Assembly: GCA_964389675.1 (NCBI GenBank)
Contig: CAYMEV010000017.1
Location: 62,001 to 82,279, forward strand
Reading direction: 5' to 3'
Length of the DNA: 20,279 nucleotides
Source of the DNA: an uncultured Candidatus Sumerlaeota bacterium
GTDB taxonomy: Bacteria > CAYMEV01
The notes below the pieces were generated by a model. It did not search any database, was not told the origin of the DNA, and saw only the letters and a list, made by a program, of their open reading frames with translations. The position numbers were made by a program, and so were the translations under genes. Positions 16,033 through 20,279 of this stretch are shown here, piece after piece (positions within the stretch are counted from its first letter, which is position 1; each line of letters opens with the position of its first letter).

Positions 16033-16458
16033 TTGAAAAATATAGATATAAAAATCACGGTAAAATTGATTTTCCTTTTTCTAATCCTTGCATCAGGCCA
16101 CATACTAAGGGCTGATCATCCCAGGGACCTTGTCTTCTCTTTTATTAAAAAGGCCGACACAGGTCAGCTGTCTGATATACTTGCAGATAAGGTAAATCTT
16201 AACACGTTCATACCGGACAAGATTTCAGGGATCTTCTCAAAGAACGAGGTAGTAAATATCTTCAGGGATATATTCTCATCCTATAATACAGAGAGTCTGG
16301 CACTTATAATGGATAACATGGATGAAGATTCTTATTTTCTTGCTTATGAGTGGACTTTAAAAAGAAATGGTGCTATAATAAAGTTAAAGCTGTTGTTGAC
16401 TTTGGAAAAAAGGAATGATCAATATTTTATAATAAAAATAACCTGTGTTGAAAAATAA
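16033..16458 (+). CDS. Exported small protein, DUF4783/NTF2-like (start uncertain)
   Basis: Signal-peptide-like K..KLIFLFLILASGHILRA, then 'IKKAD..QLS..LADKVNL......GIFSK.EV..IFRDIF...LLLTLEKRNDQYFIIKI', which resembles DUF4783 from memory. The ORF-track start (15928) overlaps the ferredoxin and terminator, so a TTG near 16030-16033 is more plausible. Confidence 0.55.
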   Translation: MKNIDIKITVKLIFLFLILASGHILRADHPRDLVFSFIKKADTGQLSDILADKVNLNTFIPDKISGIFSKNEVVNIFRDIFSSYNTESLALIMDNMDEDSYFLAYEWTLKRNGAIIKLKLLLTLEKRNDQYFIIKITCVEK

Positions 16459-18725
16459 TGGATGCACAAAAAATTATTTCTAAGCTTCAGAACAGCATAA
16501 TCAGCTATGCTTCCAATCCAAGCCCTAAAACCTTAGTAGAAGATGTTATCAATAAGAGCTTTGAAAATATAAACAGCTATCTGTTTGATAAGGATAAGCT
16601 TACCATAGGAATCGGAGATAATGGCCTTTTTCTGGATGATCATCTTTTTACGAAAAAGGAAACCGGATTGACTTTTATAAAGTCATTTAATGATCTTCTT
16701 ACAGAAACCAAAATAGCAAGGATAATGATCTACCGTGACATAACAATGCGCGAATATATACATTTCATTTCGCTGTTGTCAAGGAATCCGGGATATTTCA
16801 AAAATCAGGATGAAGTAAAGGTATTTATAAAATCAAAGTCTTTAAGAAACATTGGCATAGATTTTTTACAGGAGCAGGAGCCTGAAATTGTCCGCGAAAA
16901 GAAAAAAGCTGTAATCCTCGATAATATTCCTGAACCTGAATATGAAGAGGATCAGAACACCAGCCATGAGATCTTTGATCCCTCGGAAACAGGCTCGCTT
17001 GCTGCTGTAAACACTGCAGCTGATCAAATCAGGGAAAAGGCGCACCATCCCTTCATTGCAAAATTTGACTCAATAATAGACCATATCAGCAAGGATGTTG
17101 AGAGTTCACCCCAGAAACAGAAAATCATAAGGAATATGATAGATTCACTCTCTCCAGAATCAATTCTTGATCTTATTGATGAATATCATAAAAGGAATGA
17201 AGCATCCAAAATTAATGAACTGATATATCCATACATAGACCATGAAAAATTCTTAATTTTGTCTTCACATATCCTTATGCTGATAAATGATGAGCTTTAT
17301 TTTGAAAGAAAGGGAGGCATAGACTTCCCTTACTGCGAAAGGCTAAGGGACGTTCTCATAGACATTGCCAGCCGCCCTCATCTCTCAAAAAGCAGTAAAG
17401 CCCTGTCAAAATGCAAGGCAGCAGATATCTTAATATTGCATAAGAAAAAGCCGGATGAACCGATATTAAGCAGGGCAGGCCTGCTTAAGGGCAAGATTAA
17501 TGTAAATGAGATCGTCAACCTTCTTTTCATGCTTGACCTGGAGTTCAGCGTTCTTGACCACAAGAATTTCTCGGATATAATAATCAATGAACTGCTTGAA
17601 AATCTTGAGAAATCAAAAGACCCGATTGTCGAGGAAGGCTTCAGAAGGATTATAAAAGGGCTTCTTGATGCATCACTGGAAAATGCTATGTCTTATTTCA
17701 GCAATATAATCCGCATACTATTTGATTATATCGATAAGCAGAAGGCATTATCGCCTTTATACAATTTTGCATGCGAAACTGCAGTATATTATTCACCTGT
17801 TCTCATCAAGAAAGGAAATATGGCTGTACTCAGAGATATCCTGAAAGTTCTCAATCATCACAGGGATACAAGGTCTGAACGAAGCGCAGAGCAGTGGTAC
17901 AAAGCAAGGCTTACAATAAATTCAATCGGCCAGAGCCAGTCAATGAGGGACCTGATAGCTTCCTTTTTCTGGATGGAGGAAAAAAAGCGTTCAGAGATCC
18001 TTCTGACACTGCTTTTAATAAAGGAAACCGCTGTCAAATACCTCCTGAGTCTTCTTTCAGAATCAAAGGAGATCAAATCCAGGAAAAGCCTGATATCTTC
18101 TCTGATTACGCTGGGAAAAGATTCAGTGCCTGAAATTATATCTGAACTGTCCAGGAAACAACCCTGGTATTACCTGAGGAACCTTATTCTAATATTGGGC
18201 AAGATCAATACCCCTGAGGTTTCAGCCTATATCAAGGAATTCCTGAATCATGAGGATAAAAGAGTAAGAAAAGAGGCTATAAATGCGCTGGTCAGCCTTA
18301 AAGACCCTGTTGCAAACAGCTACCTTATTCCATACCTGAGCAATGAAGCAGAAGAGGATGTCTATATTATCAAAAAGGTAATTTCCGCTCTCGAATACTC
18401 AAAACCTGAGGATGTATCATTCCTTCTGTTCAGGATACTGAATGATGAGATCTACACAGCCAGGGAGACAGAGGAAGAAGACCTGAAACAGGCCTGCTGT
18501 TACGTTGCAGGTAAACTAAAGATAAAAGAAGCTGTTCCGATTCTTAAAAAATTTCTGTATAAAAGGTCCATTTTTGGAATAAACAAGGGGCATACTGATC
18601 ATCTGCGTGCAGCCGCCATCTATGCCCTTCATATGATAGGCGGAGAAGAAGAGGAAATCAAAAGGCACCTGAAGGATGAAAGCGCTGTAGTCCGCTCTGT
18701 GGTAAAGGAAATACTCAAACCCTGA
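16458..18725 (+). CDS. HEAT-repeat domain protein, 755 aa
   Basis: C-terminal HEAT/PBS-like repeats: PWYYLRNLILILGKI, LNHEDKRVRKEAINAL, LKQACCYVAGKL, LRAAAIYAL, LKDESAVVRS. TAATG stop/start overlap with the upstream gene. Confidence 0.85.
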   Translation: MDAQKIISKLQNSIISYASNPSPKTLVEDVINKSFENINSYLFDKDKLTIGIGDNGLFLDDHLFTKKETGLTFIKSFNDLLTETKIARIMIYRDITMREYIHFISLLSRNPGYFKNQDEVKVFIKSKSLRNIGIDFLQEQEPEIVREKKKAVILDNIPEPEYEEDQNTSHEIFDPSETGSLAAVNTAADQIREKAHHPFIAKFDSIIDHISKDVESSPQKQKIIRNMIDSLSPESILDLIDEYHKRNEASKINELIYPYIDHEKFLILSSHILMLINDELYFERKGGIDFPYCERLRDVLIDIASRPHLSKSSKALSKCKAADILILHKKKPDEPILSRAGLLKGKINVNEIVNLLFMLDLEFSVLDHKNFSDIIINELLENLEKSKDPIVEEGFRRIIKGLLDASLENAMSYFSNIIRILFDYIDKQKALSPLYNFACETAVYYSPVLIKKGNMAVLRDILKVLNHHRDTRSERSAEQWYKARLTINSIGQSQSMRDLIASFFWMEEKKRSEILLTLLLIKETAVKYLLSLLSESKEIKSRKSLISSLITLGKDSVPEIISELSRKQPWYYLRNLILILGKINTPEVSAYIKEFLNHEDKRVRKEAINALVSLKDPVANSYLIPYLSNEAEEDVYIIKKVISALEYSKPEDVSFLLFRILNDEIYTARETEEEDLKQACCYVAGKLKIKEAVPILKKFLYKRSIFGINKGHTDHLRAAAIYALHMIGGEEEEIKRHLKDESAVVRSVVKEILKP

Positions 18726-18761
18726 AAATCACGAAAAATGCAGAAGAAGAGAAAAAATAAT

Positions 18762-18790
18762 TTGACATACGCCTTATATACGCCTATATT
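18762..18790 (+). promoter_or_regulatory. sigma70 promoter with direct repeat ATACGCCT-N3-ATACGCCT filling the spacer (candidate operator)
   Basis: TTGACA (18762-18767), 17 nt, TATATT (18785-18790). The repeats are at 18767-18774 and 18778-18785. Confidence 0.7.
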
Positions 18791-18834
18791 TATAGTTTAA
18801 TAAATAAAAACTAAACTAACCTTAAAGACAGGCT

Positions 18835-19962
18835 ATGATATTATTTCTGCAAATACCTTTTTTATACCCTCTTTTGGAGGAAAAAAGAAATCCAGAGCTT
18901 TCAGGAGCCAGCTTTGTCATCACTGACACAAGCCAGTCCAAAGTCCTTCATCCGTCAATAGAGGCATATAGGAACGGTTTCCGCAGTGGACAGAACATAG
19001 TATCCGGCAGACTGGCCATCAGAATAAAGCCTGACAGGATTTTATACAGGTCATCTGAATCAAAGATCATGTCTAAATTAAGTGAATTTTCTCCCATAAT
19101 AGAAATATCAAAAACCGGTTTTTTTGTTGATATTTCAGGCCAGGAATGGAGGTACGGCTCTATTGAGGCAATTGCGGAAGAAATCATCAATGTTCTTCAT
19201 CATTCCTACAAAACCATATTTTTTATAGGGATAGGATCAAACAAACTCATCTGCAGGCTGGCTTCCGATCTTCTGGTCCCAGGCCTGAAATCCCGTTTTC
19301 TGCATATACCACGCCATGGTGAAAAATTATTTTTGGAAAAAATGCCTGTCTCCCTGCTTCCTGATCTAAGCAGGGATATTACAGAAATACTCTACCTTCT
19401 GGATATAGAGAATATAAATGATTTGAGTGTTCTCCCCTACAATTTCCTTTATCAGCTTTTTACCGAATCGGGATCAAAATTATACAAATATGCAAGGGGT
19501 ATAAGTGACGAACCTGTAAACAATATATTTTCAAAAGATTACCTTTTTGCGGATATCGCATTATCCCCTACCAATAATTTATCTGTAATCAAGGGGCATA
19601 TCTATTCATTATTTGAAGCAGTCTGCTATGAATTAAGAAACATTCAGAAAAAAGGCGACAGGGGAATAATCTATATAGGCTTTGAAGATAGAAAATACCT
19701 TATAAGACACATAAGGCTTAAAAATTTCTCCTTTCTTGAATCTGAATATTTTGAAACCCTTATTTCAAACATTGATCTTGGCAGGATCCGGAGAATAAAC
19801 ATAAATTACATAGGCATGAAGATCTATAATCTTATACCGGTTTCAGCCCAAAGAACACTTTTTAATCCCCCTGTAAAAAAGAGAGAAAAGCTCCTCGATA
19901 TTATATATGATATCAGGAAAAAGTACGGCAGCAGCAAATTATGCTTCAAGGGAATTAATTAA
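18835..19962 (+). CDS. Y-family DNA polymerase homologue (DinB/ImuB-like), predicted catalytically inactive
   Basis: Colinear with DinB: E..RNPEL, SIEAYRNGFRSGQ, FSPIIE, FFVDISG, IGIGSNKLICRLAS, FL..MPVSLLP, LYKYARG. The catalytic carboxylates are replaced: HVDMD becomes FLQIP and SLDE becomes ISKTG. It keeps a clamp-like motif QRTLF and the tail LLDIIYDIRKKYG. Confidence 0.85.
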   Translation: MILFLQIPFLYPLLEEKRNPELSGASFVITDTSQSKVLHPSIEAYRNGFRSGQNIVSGRLAIRIKPDRILYRSSESKIMSKLSEFSPIIEISKTGFFVDISGQEWRYGSIEAIAEEIINVLHHSYKTIFFIGIGSNKLICRLASDLLVPGLKSRFLHIPRHGEKLFLEKMPVSLLPDLSRDITEILYLLDIENINDLSVLPYNFLYQLFTESGSKLYKYARGISDEPVNNIFSKDYLFADIALSPTNNLSVIKGHIYSLFEAVCYELRNIQKKGDRGIIYIGFEDRKYLIRHIRLKNFSFLESEYFETLISNIDLGRIRRININYIGMKIYNLIPVSAQRTLFNPPVKKREKLLDIIYDIRKKYGSSKLCFKGIN

Positions 19963-20184
19963 CTGTTAGCTGAAATTAGATAATAATATGTATTTATGAA
20001 TTAGAGGATTTTTGATAAAGCATAAAACCGAAACACAGAGGGATAATTTTTTTATTTATTTGTAAAATAATTTTCTTGCAATTTGTATGTTTTGGACTAT
20101 CTTAGTTCAGTTCTTTGTTAAAATACCTCTGCAAAGGACAAATTTATTACAAATTAAGCTAAGGAGGTTAGCTAAGGAGATTTT

Positions 20185-20279
20185 ATGTCAGTCCAAATTT
20201 ATGTGGGGAATCTTCCATATGTCATTACTGAGGAATCCCTCAAAGGCGTTTTTGAACCTTATGGAGCAGTTGATTCAGC
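20185..20279 (+). CDS. RRM (RNP-type) RNA-binding protein, 3'-truncated by the window edge
   Basis: Hand translation MSVQIYVGNLPYVITEESLKGVFEPYGAVDS...: RNP-2 motif IYVGNL and helix-1 'L..vF..yG.V'. SD AAGGAG upstream. Confidence 0.9.
   Translation, partial: MSVQIYVGNLPYVITEESLKGVFEPYGAVDS

Overview
AT-rich chromosomal segment from a diderm (outer-membrane) bacterium that is probably anaerobic. It is mostly core genome: I found no integrase, transposase, prophage or CRISPR. In order: 3' part of an IPT/TIG-domain protein; a cobalamin riboswitch with a triplicated expression platform controlling a BtuB-like TonB-dependent receptor; a minus-strand tRNA-Leu(CAA)-gltX-tyrS unit; a small hypothetical gene; tRNA-Ala(GGC); two tandem paralogous Oar-type TonB-dependent receptors, each with its own terminator; a B12-dependent class II ribonucleotide reductase (nrdJ) behind two NrdR boxes; a 2[4Fe-4S] ferredoxin absent from the ORF track; a DUF4783-like exported protein coupled to a HEAT-repeat protein; a Y-family polymerase homologue lacking catalytic residues; and the start of an RRM RNA-binding protein. 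The best leads are (1) the orphan inactive PolY, whose promoter spacer holds an 11-bp-period direct repeat (candidate new SOS/repressor operator), and (2) the riboswitch platform, where one terminator 5' arm has alternative 3' arms. All family calls come from recognising motifs by eye; no database search was run.
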